In this document: positions 1-12,708 of the stretch, one piece after another
Numbering within the stretch: the first letter of the stretch is position 1
Layout of the letters: each line of letters begins with the position of its first letter
NCBI GenBank assembly: GCA_016906335.1
Contig: JADEYG010000001.1
Coordinates: forward strand, 434,001 to 498,000
Direction: 5' to 3'
DNA from: Novakomyces olei
Taxonomy: Eukaryota
DNA length: 64,000 nt
Position numbers and translations under genes: made by a program
The notes under the pieces: generated by a model
The model's input: only the letters and a program-made list of their open reading frames with translations
The model's database searches: none
What the model was told of the DNA's origin: nothing

Positions 1-674
1 CGCCAGTTTATCGCCTTGTAGCCATTTAAACCACTAACTTAAAGGGATTCTTATAGAAAATGACCTTCAAAGGGACTGGAGGATGCATCTGCTCGACCAC
101 CCGTGGTCTATAAATAGGGACCCATTCGTTCATAGTTCTACGTAGTTTAATATTAATCTTAGTGCTTGAAATCAAACAGCGTCAGGACGCCGTTATCCTA
201 TAGCTCCGCCTATTATTATAACAGCGCGCTGCTATCTTGGGATAGTTAGGTTACTTAAATTATATATATTGGTTTGAGTCCTAACATAATAATAATCATA
301 GTAATATTAATGATATTATTAATAATATTATTATTATTCATGTCACTTCAATTGCCTGCCAAGAATATCTAGCTATGACTATTTCAACTGCGGTTCAAGA
401 AGTATTCCGAGAGTTCTTTTCAACGCAATAAGCTTATAGCTACAAATAATACTATATACTTTGACCTGGTCTTCAATAAATCTTCCTTACGCTTTGATGC
501 GACTAAATCCCTGTCCCTTAATAGCTCTCCAAAGAGCTGGCATGGAACATTATGCGTGCCGTTCATTGCTTTAATACCTTTGCTTCTTTACCAAATTCTT
601 TATCAATTCTCCATAAATTGGCGTGGTATATCCAGAATCCGCTTGCAGCAGCCTCGTGTGCAGCGAGATATAAA

Positions 675-743
675 GTCACGTGCTACTGTATTCTTGTGAC
701 AAGCACATGCCGCGCACGTGACTTTGACATGCTCTCACGTGAC
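675..743. promoter_or_regulatory. Cluster of three CACGTG E-boxes (Cbf1/bHLH-type, RTCACGTG)
   Basis: GTCACGTG at 675-682, CACGTGAC at 715-722 and TCACGTGAC at 735-743, all in intergenic DNA. Confidence 0.55.
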
Positions 744-1093
744 ATAAATCTAATTTACAAGTAGCGTTACAGCCAAACATGCGCTTTTCACAGGAGCGAG
801 CCAATTTTGCTATTTGATAGCGAGTCTTTTAAATGCCGCAAAAAGAAGCGAAACATGGTAATATTGCCTCATGCATACCTCTCATCCGTGCCCCTAATGC
901 TATATATATCTATTCATATTGTGCTCACAAGACAAATACAAAACCAACTGTAAATATTTAAAATCAGACGCTCAAATATATATATATATACTCATTGCAA
1001 AATCAAGTCAGGGTATAATCATGTACTCATAGCCGTGCTTTTGTCATGTATAATTTAGACAAAATTTCATGTATACCAGCCTTTCAACCTTCC

Positions 1094-2251
1094 TTAGCCT
1101 TCTCGAGCTGCTTCGTACAGGTCACAGCAGTAGCCGCAGCAAAGCCTGCATAAAATAGGCAGATCTGTTCGCCCACAGAATCCATCCCACCATTCGCTCA
1201 CCTCCACTACTGGCTGAACCATAATTCCCTGGCAGTAATCACATCGTAAATCATATGCATGTGCCATATAGCTCTTCGCAACGGAAGCCACCAAGTGTTC
1301 CGAAAGGCCTAGGCCTTCCACGTCTCTTGGATGAATCTTTTGCTGCCTTAGAGCACGGCGTGCAAATTCCCCCAAGCTTGGTACCCGAGCAGAAACTTCC
1401 GCACGGGATGATAATAGCCGCAGTTTATTGGTTTGAGAAGCTGGTGGAGTCGGTGGCAATGGCTCAGGGTTTTCCAGCAACGGATTAGGCCAAATGTAAA
1501 GATTGCGTAGATGCTTGAGCCTCAATAATGACCGCGGGAGTTGCCTTAAATAATTACCAGCCAAGTTTAGCTCCACCAAATTCTTTAGAGCACCAATTGC
1601 TGGTGGGATATCCGTCAGCTCATTTTGCCGCAAAGAAAGGACGGTCAAGTTTTCCAGGGCGAAAAGACCCGGAGGTAGACTGCTTATCCGATTGTCATAG
1701 AGCCAAAGTGAAAGCTTTGGAACCAAACTTTCACTTCGTTCTGGCGTGAAAGGGAGAACAACATTGTTCAATTGATCAATGTTTTCGGGAATAGACTTTA
1801 ATCCTCGCGAGTACAAGTCTATACAGGCAGCCCCGTTTTCAATAGCCTTGTCGATTGCCTGGACCGCCTCCTGTTCGGCATTTTGCGATCCATAGAAAAC
1901 TTCCACGTCACTGGTATTGTACCTCCGCCGAGGACCACTACGTCCGTATCGCCGTTGCCCCGGCAACACGGATTCTTCTGCCCCATCGACATCGCCCTCG
2001 TGCTCGGTACGAGCACGCTTGCGAGTTGTTCCGAAATGATCGCGCTGGAACACTTCTGATCGGTCGAACGCGTCTGACGCGAGAAACTCGCCGCCAACTC
2101 CGAACGCGTTTAAATCCGGTTCGGAAGAAAGAGGGTCGTGTGTTTCACGCGGAGCTCGTGAAAGCATAGCATAGTGACGAAAATCGTCACCCACTTCTGA
2201 ATCGAAGGAAAAGGCGAATGGAAGAAGCGCTGACGACCGTGGAACAGACAT
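1094..2251 (-). CDS. Leucine-rich repeat protein with BC-box-like motif and Cys-rich C-terminus (LRRC58-like)
   Basis: LRRs (LxxLxLxxNxLxxLP), then VPSLGEFARRAL, CDYC and FCGRTDLPILCRLCCGYCC; intronless 385 aa. Confidence 0.8.
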   Translation of the reverse strand: MSVPRSSALLPFAFSFDSEVGDDFRHYAMLSRAPRETHDPLSSEPDLNAFGVGGEFLASDAFDRSEVFQRDHFGTTRKRARTEHEGDVDGAEESVLPGQRRYGRSGPRRRYNTSDVEVFYGSQNAEQEAVQAIDKAIENGAACIDLYSRGLKSIPENIDQLNNVVLPFTPERSESLVPKLSLWLYDNRISSLPPGLFALENLTVLSLRQNELTDIPPAIGALKNLVELNLAGNYLRQLPRSLLRLKHLRNLYIWPNPLLENPEPLPPTPPASQTNKLRLLSSRAEVSARVPSLGEFARRALRQQKIHPRDVEGLGLSEHLVASVAKSYMAHAYDLRCDYCQGIMVQPVVEVSEWWDGFCGRTDLPILCRLCCGYCCDLYEAAREG

Positions 2252-2560
2252 GGGGGCAAAGTGGCAAGCGCATTTAATTAGGTTACTATTGTAAATATAA
2301 ACATTTATTGATTCTTACTAACCCTAACTAACCCTATAGGCATGTTAATAATAAAGTACTCGTGAATTATTGCGAAAACGTCGATTAGTTGGGATATTTG
2401 CAGTTTGTTCAAACGCCAATGGAAAATTATGTAATAGCACAAAACTTTTTAAAAATACGCGAAACGCGCCGTATGCTAGAATAATTCTCATTCATAATTT
2501 CATGTACAATCCAAATGCAATAACAAATGTTTGACTATTAGAGGCCAGGAGAAATAATAA

Positions 2561-3834
2561 TCACACACGCAGTCTACGCAAAGCCAAATGGCCCTCTGCT
2601 AAAAGTTCTGCGCCTGTGACAGGGCAGCAATTGTTCTTCTGCACCCAAGCATGAGCGCAAGTATAGCAAAAAACGTAACCTGTCTCCAAGGCGGTAGGAT
2701 TAACGATATCGCGCCCACAGATACCACATTTTTTGGAGTTTGCCTCATTAATCTGAAAGGCTTTACTTTCCGGATCTGCTTCAGGCTGCTGGGGCGGTTT
2801 GAGCGAATACGCCAGGGATGATTTAAGAGCTAGCCGCTTGGAGAAATTGGAAGCATTCCAAAACTCCAAGAATTTGAGTAGAAATACAGAGAGCGTCAAT
2901 GTATACCGTAGTAAAATTGCGCCCTTAAAAGTCCATTTAGACGAGTTTCCTGTAGGGGCGGTTGCCATCTTATGATAAGTTTTTTACCAGATATAAAAAA
3001 TCTAAACAGAAAAAAAAAACGAGAAAAACGAAGGAACGTACCATATCACCAGCATCAAAACGACGTAATCTAATTCCCAGCAGATAATGGAGAAAATCAT
3101 GATAATCAGTCACATCAAAAGTATAGCCTACAAGGTACGATAAATTCAGAAGTTGAAGGGCGGAACGTAGCGATCCGTAGACTTGCAGTAACCTTTGTGG
3201 AAATGTTTGATGTCTGTTGGTTTGCCTTAATAAACGAGCTCTCCGTGAAGTGCTCTCGTACTGTAAGTCTAGTTTTTCTTTTGCGTACTGCAGCAATATT
3301 GGAGCAAGAAGCACTTTAGCCTTATCGCTTGTACTGAGGCGTAAACTGCGGCCAATACGTTGAGAAAACTCCCGGTCGGCCCTTGGCGTTGCGTATTTCG
3401 GGGACTTTTGCTGCTTTATCCCGTACATTTGTAACGTAAATGTAGAGTCTAGATGAAACTAGTTAACATTTTTTTGATCTTTGTCTAGTGCCCAACCATA
3501 CCGAACGTTCCCACAAAATGGCCTTCAACAATGATCATCAAAAGCGCGTATATTTCGTCGAAACGATTAACGCAACGCAGCAAGTAACGAGGGTAGCGTT
3601 GGGCGTAATACTTAAAGGTTAGCAAACCCATTAATTCCTTTTCGTCTTTGATTTTTGTGAATATCGTCCAATCGCCTTTGGCCTTCTTGACGGCCAAGGC
3701 AGGTGACATACGGCAAGGACATAGCGCAAACTCGGTGCTATGAGACTCGCAAGCTCGCTTTGTGCTACCAATTCAAATGTTGTGGGTTTGTCCGGATTGA
3801 GAAGCTGCGGCTGCACTGACGAGAAAAAGTCCAT
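2561..3834 (-). CDS. PEX12: Peroxin-12, RING-type peroxisomal E3 subunit (4 exons)
   Basis: N-terminal KPTTFELVAQ...L.PSLRYVLA.YAQRYPRYLLR; FLLKFLEFW; C-terminal CGIC..NPTALETGYVFCYTC..CPVTG; introns 3611-3711, 3449-3501, 2969-3041. Confidence 0.93.
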
Positions 3835-4194
3835 TTTAAAATGCGACTGTCGCTATTCTAATCAGGTGTCATGAGACCATGCGACTTGATCTCTGGCAGA
3901 GTGTGGAGTCGGGCGAAAACTAACCCTAACTAACCCTGTTTACGTACACCTCAAATTAATGACATATCGGTTCATACAAGTCCACGATTCTAACTAACAT
4001 AGCCCAGTCATATTACATTAGTGAATACAAATTTCCTGGTTTTCTGAAATTTAAATTTAAATTCAAAATCTAAATTCTTATATCTATAATCTACAATCTA
4101 TCTATAATCCAAACCCTAAAATCTATATATTATCGCTAGCACGTAAAGAGCAAGGAACATTTGACAGTTCTACTACGCGTCAATTGCGACGACA

Positions 4195-5868
4195 ATGCCT
4201 GAATTCGCGGCATCAGCGCCGGGAAAAGTGATTCTTTTTGGCGAACATGCCGTCGTTCATGGAGCAGTATGTGTTTTTGTGTGTTATATTTTAGACAACT
4301 TATTGATTTATAGAGCGCAATTGCCGCCGCTATAAGTCTGCGAGCAGTGCTTAGTGTGTGTACCCCTCCGTTGCGATCGCCTTCAGAAATGGGAAAGAGC
4401 ATTGACGAAAATGCAGAATTGTGTTTGGAATTCTTCGATATGGATATGGCAATGAAGTTTAGGCTGAAGGACTTGCCCTGGAGTCTTGTTTCAGAAGGTA
4501 AAGTATTTTTTGTCGTGTCATACTCGTCAATCGTCAATCATCAGTTGCACCTTGTTTGTTTGTGCCAAATTATTTTTCTTTTCTTATTATTCATCAGATC
4601 AAATCTACAAATATAATCTGTACGGCTTTCTTTGATTCTGGTTTTAGCTGGAGTACTTTCTCAAATAAAAATTTTCTAATTGCAGATTGTCTCCATCCAT
4701 CACAAACTTTGGACACAAATTTGCTAGTTGCAGTCGAACAGTATTTGGAAACTATCAACTTTGAAGAGTCGTTTCACAAAGTATCTGCACTATTCACTCT
4801 TTACCTCTTCACCAGCCTCGGCAAGCAGCTAGTGCAGCGGCAATGTGCAGAGGGGGACTGGAAAATTCGTATAAAAAGCATGATTCCCATCGGACGCGGT
4901 CTTGGAAGCTCTGCTTGTGTTGTTGTTTGCCTTGTAGCCGCTTTACTTGAGGCTAATGGCCTTTTGGAATTAAACGGACAGGACTCTAATGAGACGCGTA
5001 TAGATCTAATTAATCGGTGGGCGTTCCTAGGCGAAAGATGCAACCATGGCAATCCATCTGGTGTGGATAATACCGTTGCTAGTGCTGGTGGAGCCTTATA
5101 TTTCAGAAGGGCCATGGCTAATCGCGAAGGTGCCCGTGAAATTATTCGAGGGTTAGGGTTAAACTTTGTATTCCGGCTTTAATTATCCTAATTATTATAT
5201 TATTCAATTTTCAATTCTATTCAGTTTGTTACTTCTATATTTCTTTCAACTTTATCTTCGATTAATTATTTTTGGCCCTTCAATTTCTTTTCTATGGGAC
5301 AAACTAACGTTTTAGGCTCCCCGCCTTACGCATTCTCGTGGTGGATACTCTTCATCCCAAATCAACAGCCGCTCTTGTACGCGGTGTCGGTGAGCTTCAC
5401 GCCAAATATCCCGACGTCATCGGGAATATGTTCACGGCTGTGGATGCAATTTCACAGACGGCCAAGACTCTACTTAAAAATCATTCGGAAGATCTGTATC
5501 AGCGACTTGGTGAGCTGATGCAATTGAACCAAAAATTACTGGAAGGATTGAAAGTTTCCCATCCAACATTGGAATTAGTGGGCCAGGCAGTCACAGAACA
5601 TAAACTGGGCTGGACTAAACTTACAGGAGCCGGCGGTGGAGGCTGTGCAGTTGTATTAATCGACCCTAATGCCTCGGCAGAGAGCCTTGATTGTGTAGAA
5701 AAAGCTTTAGCAGAGAAAGGCTTTCAGATCTATTCTGTTGAACTGGCTGGTAATGGTGTTGCATTGTATCGGGGGGAGAATCCTCTGGCACCTTTATTGT
5801 CTTTTGATAAATCGTCGGCGGCAGTGCAAACCAGCCTGGACGATGCCAAAAACTGGTTGTATTTGTGA
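4195..5868 (+). CDS. ERG12: Mevalonate kinase (4 exons)
   Basis: SAPGKVILFGEHAVVHG, PIGRGLGSSA, HGNPSGVDN and KLTGAGGGGC GHMP motifs; introns approximately 4267-4313, 4498-4685, 5152-5315. Confidence 0.95.
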
Positions 5869-5989
5869 TACCCTTTATATACATAGCCATAGATCAAAAA
5901 GGAAAAATAATTTACAAACAAATATATATATATATCAATAAATATTAATTGATAACGTTACAAAAGTAAAGCTTATTTTCATAATATCA

Positions 5990-6921
5990 TTACTCTATCA
6001 TCAAATCATGTTGCTCATACAAATCAGCTACTACGACGATAACCATATCGCAAATGGCCAAGATCGATGGAGGCAGAGGACTGCACCGTAGCCGTATACA
6101 CCGTCGACAAAGATCTCGCAGGATCGCAATATCGTCGGAAGCCAGTAATGGATCCAAAGTGGCCAGAAGAGCGAATAGCCAAGACAGCTGATTGTACGAG
6201 CAACTAGGTACAAGCCATTTCGGGTACCATCTCAGCAAATCAAATGTGCGTTTATACCCAACACTGAGAACTCGCTCAAGCGTAGCCTTATTCCGTGATT
6301 GCGACAAGTAAACCGTCCATTCTGGGTGTGTAGTCGGCAGTTTTTCATGACTTTTTATTATTTCCGGATTTTTCATTATTTCGATTGAGTTAATTGCAGA
6401 TTGATTTGGAGGTGGACAGTCTCTCAATTTGCTTCGTAACAACTTGAACTGATGTAAAAACTGCGCTCTCCACTCCTCGCTGAATTTAGGCGCTGTATTT
6501 GGCACATATGGATTCTTGCCAATAATAGGTAGCTTAAACCCAACCGTTTGGGGTTGCAACCTTAGCTCGGCAAACCTAAGTGAAGGAAGCATGGCTGCTT
6601 CAGATCTAGGATTGAGGTTAGAAGAGCGCGTGAACGATTTAAAAAATAAAAAAAATTTAAATATAAGGAATCAATATAGAACAAAATCGCGAGCAATAAA
6701 AGTCATCAAGAGGGAGCAGGAAGGAATTAATTTGAATCGAATCCGTACCTCACCAATTTAATGTACGACTGGGCGTCCAGTGGCGGACCTGCGTCTGACT
6801 CGCATGCTTCAGTCTGCGGAAAGGACGGCCTCTGCCCTGTCTCGGGATCTAAAGGTCCGCTCGTTAATTGCCGAGATCGGACGTCATTGGTTTCCGCGCT
6901 ACGCGGGCGCTTTCGAGACAT
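5990..6921 (-). CDS. Gemin2/SIP1 (SMN-complex, Brr1/Yip-like) protein, 2 exons
   Basis: PPLDAQSYIKLVR|SEA N-terminal motif; WLFALLATLDPLLASDDIAILRDLCRRC; C-terminal YEQHDL; intron about 6606-6748. Confidence 0.82.
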
Positions 6922-7621
6922 TCTACGCCATTATGATGCTCGCCCTCTTGTATCTCTTCTCCAGCAGATTATTTAACCTATTCAATATCACAATTATTTT
7001 GTACGAGGCCTAAATTAATTCAGTCATATCGCTATTGATTAGCGTTAATTTTGTAAGCAGTTAGATTTATGAGTTGAATTTTGTTTTATATTCTAAAGGC
7101 AAACGGTAGGCCAGCCCACAAATAATTTGCTTCGCCAGGCATAAATAATAATGAAAAAGAGAGGAAATAATGCCAAAAAAAATAAAAAATAAATTAAAAA
7201 ATAAATTAAAAAAATGAAAATGAAAAATAAAAAATAAAAAAAAATAAAAATGGAAAAAGGGAAAGAGTGCATTGACACCAATTAAAAATTAAAAATAAAA
7301 CTACGAAATATAGAGAAAAAGTTCTTATGACTAAAAAATTAAATCAAATGAGCAGAATAGATATTTTTATTCACTAACAAGCTGCTCAATCTCGACAAAG
7401 GTATGTATTGGGAAGACGAAGGATTTCCGTCCTATTTTTCTTCCAGATCCCTTCCTTCGAACTCCTCCTTGCCATTCACATCTTCTATTCTTCTAATGCT
7501 AATACTGAAGTTAAGCGCAAGGCCGGACTCATCAATTTCAATTTCAAATTGAAATCTGATATTTAGTTTTATATTACAAATTTGTCTTTAGTTCAGAGAT
7601 TTCCGGTTGGATACGGAGCAA

Positions 7622-9540
7622 ATGGTGCAGCAAGACGAAGAGCCGTGCGTAATTGGTATCGGCTTTGGTAATGCCAACAGCACGATTGCCTTTATCTCCA
7701 ACGACGGCACTGCCGATTGTTTGGCCAACGAGGACGGTGACCGTGTAATCCCTTCAGTACTCAGCTACAATGGTCCTGACGAGTATCATGGCGTTCAAGG
7801 CAAAGCGCAGTTGATTAGAAATGCCGACAATACCGTCTCACAGTTCCGTGATCACATTGGATTAAAGTAAGGATTATTTTTTGTTATCGATCTGGAAGTT
7901 GCAAGAGACCATGACTGAACCTGATTTGAGTTTTTTTTTTATATTATTTTCCATTCAATTTTTATATATTTTTAAGATCCTAATCAATGCTTCCGTGCTT
8001 CATTCAGGCTATTTCAGTTATAAATCTGTCATAAAGACTAATATTGATTATTTGCAATTTTAATGCTTTAATTCTGTGCCACACTAAGGCTTCCAGGTAC
8101 GCAGACTCGGACGTCTCCCGCCCGCTTCCCAGCTCTCAGCCCGTTGAGGCACAAGACGGGGGTATCGGCTACAAGCTACGGCAATCTACCTCAGCAGAGG
8201 AAGAACCAGTAGAAAGTGTTGTTCCCGTCTCCGAACTGGTTACAAGGCATCTGCGTCGCCTGCACGACTCAGCTGCTGCTTACTTGGGCAAGCCTGTTAC
8301 TGGTGCAGTTCTTTCAGTGCCTACAAATTTCTCAGCTCATCAGCGTGAGGCACTTACAAAAGCAGCATCCGATGCTGGGCTGAATGTCCTTCAAGTCATA
8401 AACGAGCCCCCGGCTGAGTATTTGGCAGTCCATGCTACAGATCTTCACAAGCAGCATTACCAGGATGACAGGGTAGTAGTCGTCGCAGACTTTGGAGCTT
8501 CTCGTAGCGATATCGCCGTCATTTCTGTGCGTGGTGGTCTTCTTACTATTCTGGCTACTAGTCATAATTCAGCCTTGGGTGGATCTGATCTCGACAGGCT
8601 GCTAGTCGAACATTTCGGAAAAGAATTCAAGAAATCTTGTCAACAAGATCCACTAGGAGATGCAAGGGCTTATGCAAAACTGCTGGCACAAAGTGAAATG
8701 ACAAAGAAATCGTTGAGTGCAGTGGGCAGTGCCCAAATCGCTATTGATTCTCTTTACCAGGGCCAAGATTTCAATAGTGCAATTACACGGCTGCGTTTTG
8801 ATCTGTTGGCCCGGCCAGTCTACGACAGAATGGTACAGTTGATTGAAAACACGGTTCATAAAGCAGGACTCGATGTTGTTGATGTTGGGGAAATTGTACT
8901 GGCCGGAGGCACTTCAAACATCCCTAAATTAGTCGCCCGAGTTCAACAGTCCTTCCCACAAAGCAGTATTAACACTGCCGGCAAATCTTCTTCCAGGGAC
9001 CCAGCTGAACTGGCGGCAATTGGGGCAGTTTTGCATGCTTCACTGATCGCAGATTATGAAGCTCAAGATATCGAAAGCTCAACTCATGCAGTGATAACTA
9101 CGTCACCGCATTTAGTGAACCCGGTGGGAATTGTTGTGCCTGGTGAAGGCTTCACAACTGTGCTTGAATTTGATTGTCCTTTGCCCGCTCGCAGATCTGT
9201 CACAGTCCCGGGCCCATTGGAGGGGGGAAGTTTCAAGTTTGATGTCTGCGAGGGAGCAAGAGAGATCCAGGTAGAGACCGTGGAAAAGCCGCAAGAAGAC
9301 GAAGAGGAAAAAGATTCAGATTTATCATCTGATGAAGATGAAGATGAAGAGCCAGAGGAGGTTCGATCACGAGTCGTAAAACCAGGAAAGAAACTGGCAC
9401 AGATTGAAATGGCAGATTTAGAAAAGGCAGCGACTATCGAAATTGTACTACAGGCAGACGCTGATGGTCAGCTGAGCGTTACAAGCCGACCAATTAAGGG
9501 AGCCAAGGGGGAAAGCGTGCGCGGCACTGTTACTATTTAG
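7622..9540 (+). CDS. SSZ1: Ribosome-associated atypical Hsp70 Ssz1 (2 exons)
   Basis: IGIGFGNANSTIA..ANEDGDRVIPS; VVVADFGASRSD; short acidic C-terminus without lid; intron 7867-8096. Confidence 0.92.
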
Positions 9541-9709
9541 ACTTGTCTCAATTATGTTAAAAAAATTATATTTATACATCATAGTAATGCCATAAAACGT
9601 TTAGGCTGAGACACAGGTGCAAGCACGTATACTCACTCACTGCTGACTAGCTCACGCTAGTCATTTAAATAAACTCTATAGTAATTTTATGCAAAACTAG
9701 TAAGAGCCG

Positions 9710-10462
9710 TTACCGGAACCACCAGTTCACAGAGGCTGCGAATCCCGGTCCGCTCTTGAGCGTGTGCCAAGCCTTTCGAGGGATATAAAGACCGTCTCCA
9801 GGACGCATTTCACACTCGCTACCTTCATGATCCAAATTCTTCAAGAGAGGAAACTTTTGCCTTGTTTCTGCCTCGTTCCACACGTCGGGAACGATAGTAG
9901 AGTTTCGCTTTATGGCTTCAGAGCTCAGGTAAAGAGCATCTTGCCTTGAAACATTGGCCGGGTAGATTCTTACGCGCTTTGTGCCTGCCAGTTGAACGAA
10001 AAGGTTATGATGCGGATCGCAGTGCAATGGAGTCAACGTGTTCTGGCCCATCCAGACGTTGGCAAGGTAAATGTCGCCTTTGCCTGCGTCTACTATTTCC
10101 TGCGCAATTGATCGAGAGCCTCCAACATCCTCCCACAGGCCAGGCGCGCTGTCCATCAGATTTGCTTGAGATAGATACAAGAGGTGCTTGTCGAATGCCT
10201 GCAGAAATATGCCTAAAGGCATTTGTACCCTTTCCAATTCGCCGCTAGTATAAGTCGCATCAATAGCATTTCGTACTTCAACTGGAACTATCACATCTTT
10301 GTAGTGTTCACGCAAGTAACGAGAGTCGTTTGCGAACCATTTCGTAATTGCCGGCAAAGAAGAAAATCTGTTGCGCAGCACAACCGGACATTGCTGGTCA
10401 AAAAACTGGTGCTTAAACTCGGAGAGTTTCAGAGTCCGTGCAACTTCAGCGACATGTCGCAT
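9710..10462 (-). CDS. JmjC/cupin-8 2-oxoglutarate oxygenase (JMJD5-like)
   Basis: NVWMG..TPLHCDPHHNLFVQLAGTKRV; PGDGLYIPRKAWH; SVNWWF (HxD...H Fe triad). Confidence 0.85.
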   Translation of the reverse strand: MRHVAEVARTLKLSEFKHQFFDQQCPVVLRNRFSSLPAITKWFANDSRYLREHYKDVIVPVEVRNAIDATYTSGELERVQMPLGIFLQAFDKHLLYLSQANLMDSAPGLWEDVGGSRSIAQEIVDAGKGDIYLANVWMGQNTLTPLHCDPHHNLFVQLAGTKRVRIYPANVSRQDALYLSSEAIKRNSTIVPDVWNEAETRQKFPLLKNLDHEGSECEMRPGDGLYIPRKAWHTLKSGPGFAASVNWWFR

Positions 10463-10472
10463 ATCTGTGCCC

Positions 10473-10592
<120 letters not shown>

Positions 10593-10803
10593 GTTCATAG
10601 GATCGTCAAATGCTTTTATTTACCTTAACTATATTTACCCTATCGTCACACTGCACACACAGTCAACTTGACTCTACAAATTCTATGCATTTTGATTTTA
10701 TTATTATGTTGCCTCCAATTTATTGCTAATTATTATGATTATGATTATAATTATGACTAAACACCAAATGATTTTATTTATACAAATTTTAGTTGTCCTG
10801 TCC

Positions 10804-12304
10804 ATGAATCTACGACTATCTGGCTCGCGCTCGCGATTAGGCTGGCGTGCCACGTGCGCTTTTCATGCGAGCGCGTATACAAAAGCACAGAGCCCTATTC
10901 AGCTTTATCGGGAGCGCGTAAATAAAGGAGTGCTACAACAAGATGAATTTCAAGAAGGAATAGTGCTTCGTCATTTGGAGAATTTATATCGGCAGTTGCG
11001 CTCGTACAATCCGCCTCAAATACCACTTCCGTCTCTCGATCCAGAGCCGACTACATGGAAAGGTACGAAGAAATAGCTAAAATTGACCATTAATTATTAA
11101 TTCTAAACTCAACTCTGGAATATTGAAAATAATAGAACGAATGAATACTCGGAAAAATGCAAACAATTCTATTTCGCAAAGATTTTGTTACTAATGAGAA
11201 GACCGTTTATCTCTAAAGTTTAAGCAGATCCTACACACAAGTTCCAAAATTGCACAGGCTCCTAAAGGAGTGTATCTGTATGGAGACGTGGGCTGCGGGA
11301 AAACAATGCTAATGGACCTGTTTTACGACGCCCTTGACAAATTACCCTTGAGTCATGAGCGAATCCATTTCCATAAATTTATGATGCAAATTCATAAACG
11401 TATTCACTCTCTTACAGAAGCTCATGGGGCCAATCAGGCCGGTATTGTACCCTATGTCGCTGCAGAAATTGCTCAGCGAGCCTCAGTACTGTGCTTTGAT
11501 GAATTTCAGGTTATTGATATAGTAGACGCAATGATATTAAGAAGACTGATTACTAATCTGATTGAGCGTGGGGTCGTGCTTTTTATGACTTCTAATCGAG
11601 CTCCACAAGAGCTCTACAAAAACGGAATACAAAGAGAAAATTTTGTTCCTTGCATAACTCTTATTGAAAAGGAATTACAAGTCGTTTCACTTGATTCTGG
11701 GACGGATTATCGCAGGGCGGAAAGGCCGCTGTCACACACATATTTTTCCCCATTGGATTCCCTTGAGACTGAGCGAGGCATAGACGCTTGGTACGAAAAA
11801 TTGGGAGATCCCAAAATGCCACCAACGCAGACAACTCTACACGTTTGGGGTAGGCCGATTGATGTTCCAAGCGCCTCTGGAAAAGCTGCTAAATTTACGT
11901 TTGCTCAGTTGTGTGGGCAACCGTTGTCAGCTAGTGATTATCTCGAACTGTGCCGTTTTTTTTCTGCTTTTATAGTAACAGATCTGCCTCAACTGGCTTC
12001 AGATGATGCGGACAAGTTACGCCGGTTTGTCACCTTTATAGACGCTTGCTACGAGGCTAGATGTATTCTTGTACTTTCTTCGGCAGTTCCTGTCTCCGAG
12101 ATACTGGCGCCTGCTCTAGGTATGGAATCTGTTCCTGCGGCCAAGGACTTGATACTAGAAGCAGGACATGATGAGGAAATGCCACCGAAAATGACACAGA
12201 TTGACTCTGAAACAGAGACAGAGTTTGCTTTTCACCGCACACTGTCGCGCCTGTTTGAAATGTCTTCGCGCAACTGGATTGACCGCGGATTGAGTAAGAT
12301 GTGA
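10804..12304 (+). CDS. AFG1: Mitochondrial AFG1/LACE1 (ZapE) ATPase, 2 exons
   Basis: Arg/Ser-rich presequence; PKGVYLYGDVGCGKTMLMDLF; LCFDEFQV; TSNRAP.ELYKNG; intron 11063-11201. Confidence 0.93.
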
Positions 12305-12708
12305 GTTTACTAATTGTACAATACGATAGAAGCCGGTGTATAAATATTCATTTTTTCTTTAACAGATTTATTGGATTGGATTTTGGAATACAAATCGAGC
12401 GTATGATAGAAATGTTTAGACGTCGGATCAGAAGGTTAATTGCTTTTATTAGAATTATTGGCGATTTGATGCCCATGATATTCTGTTTCTAGGGTTAGTT
12501 AGGGCCGTTGGCTGATAGATCACACATATAAGCATAACAAGCACCCGTGCCTTATCCGTCATTTGACCTATTCATTTGGCTTCTATTAAAACGCAGGCTT
12601 CCATGGACAAGTAATATACGATTCTGTGGGATTTAGGCGGGAAACTGTGGAGAAATAAAAGGTGGAAGCGGCCACAAACCAATTTTCTCTCCAAAGTAAA
12701 CGAGCAAG

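Noticed and set aside
1-240. Possible 5' end of a minus-strand gene leaving the window
   Set aside because: Too little sequence to support a call
12290-12304. AFG1 C-terminal SKM as a PTS1
   Set aside because: Weak variant on a protein with a clear mitochondrial presequence; no further support
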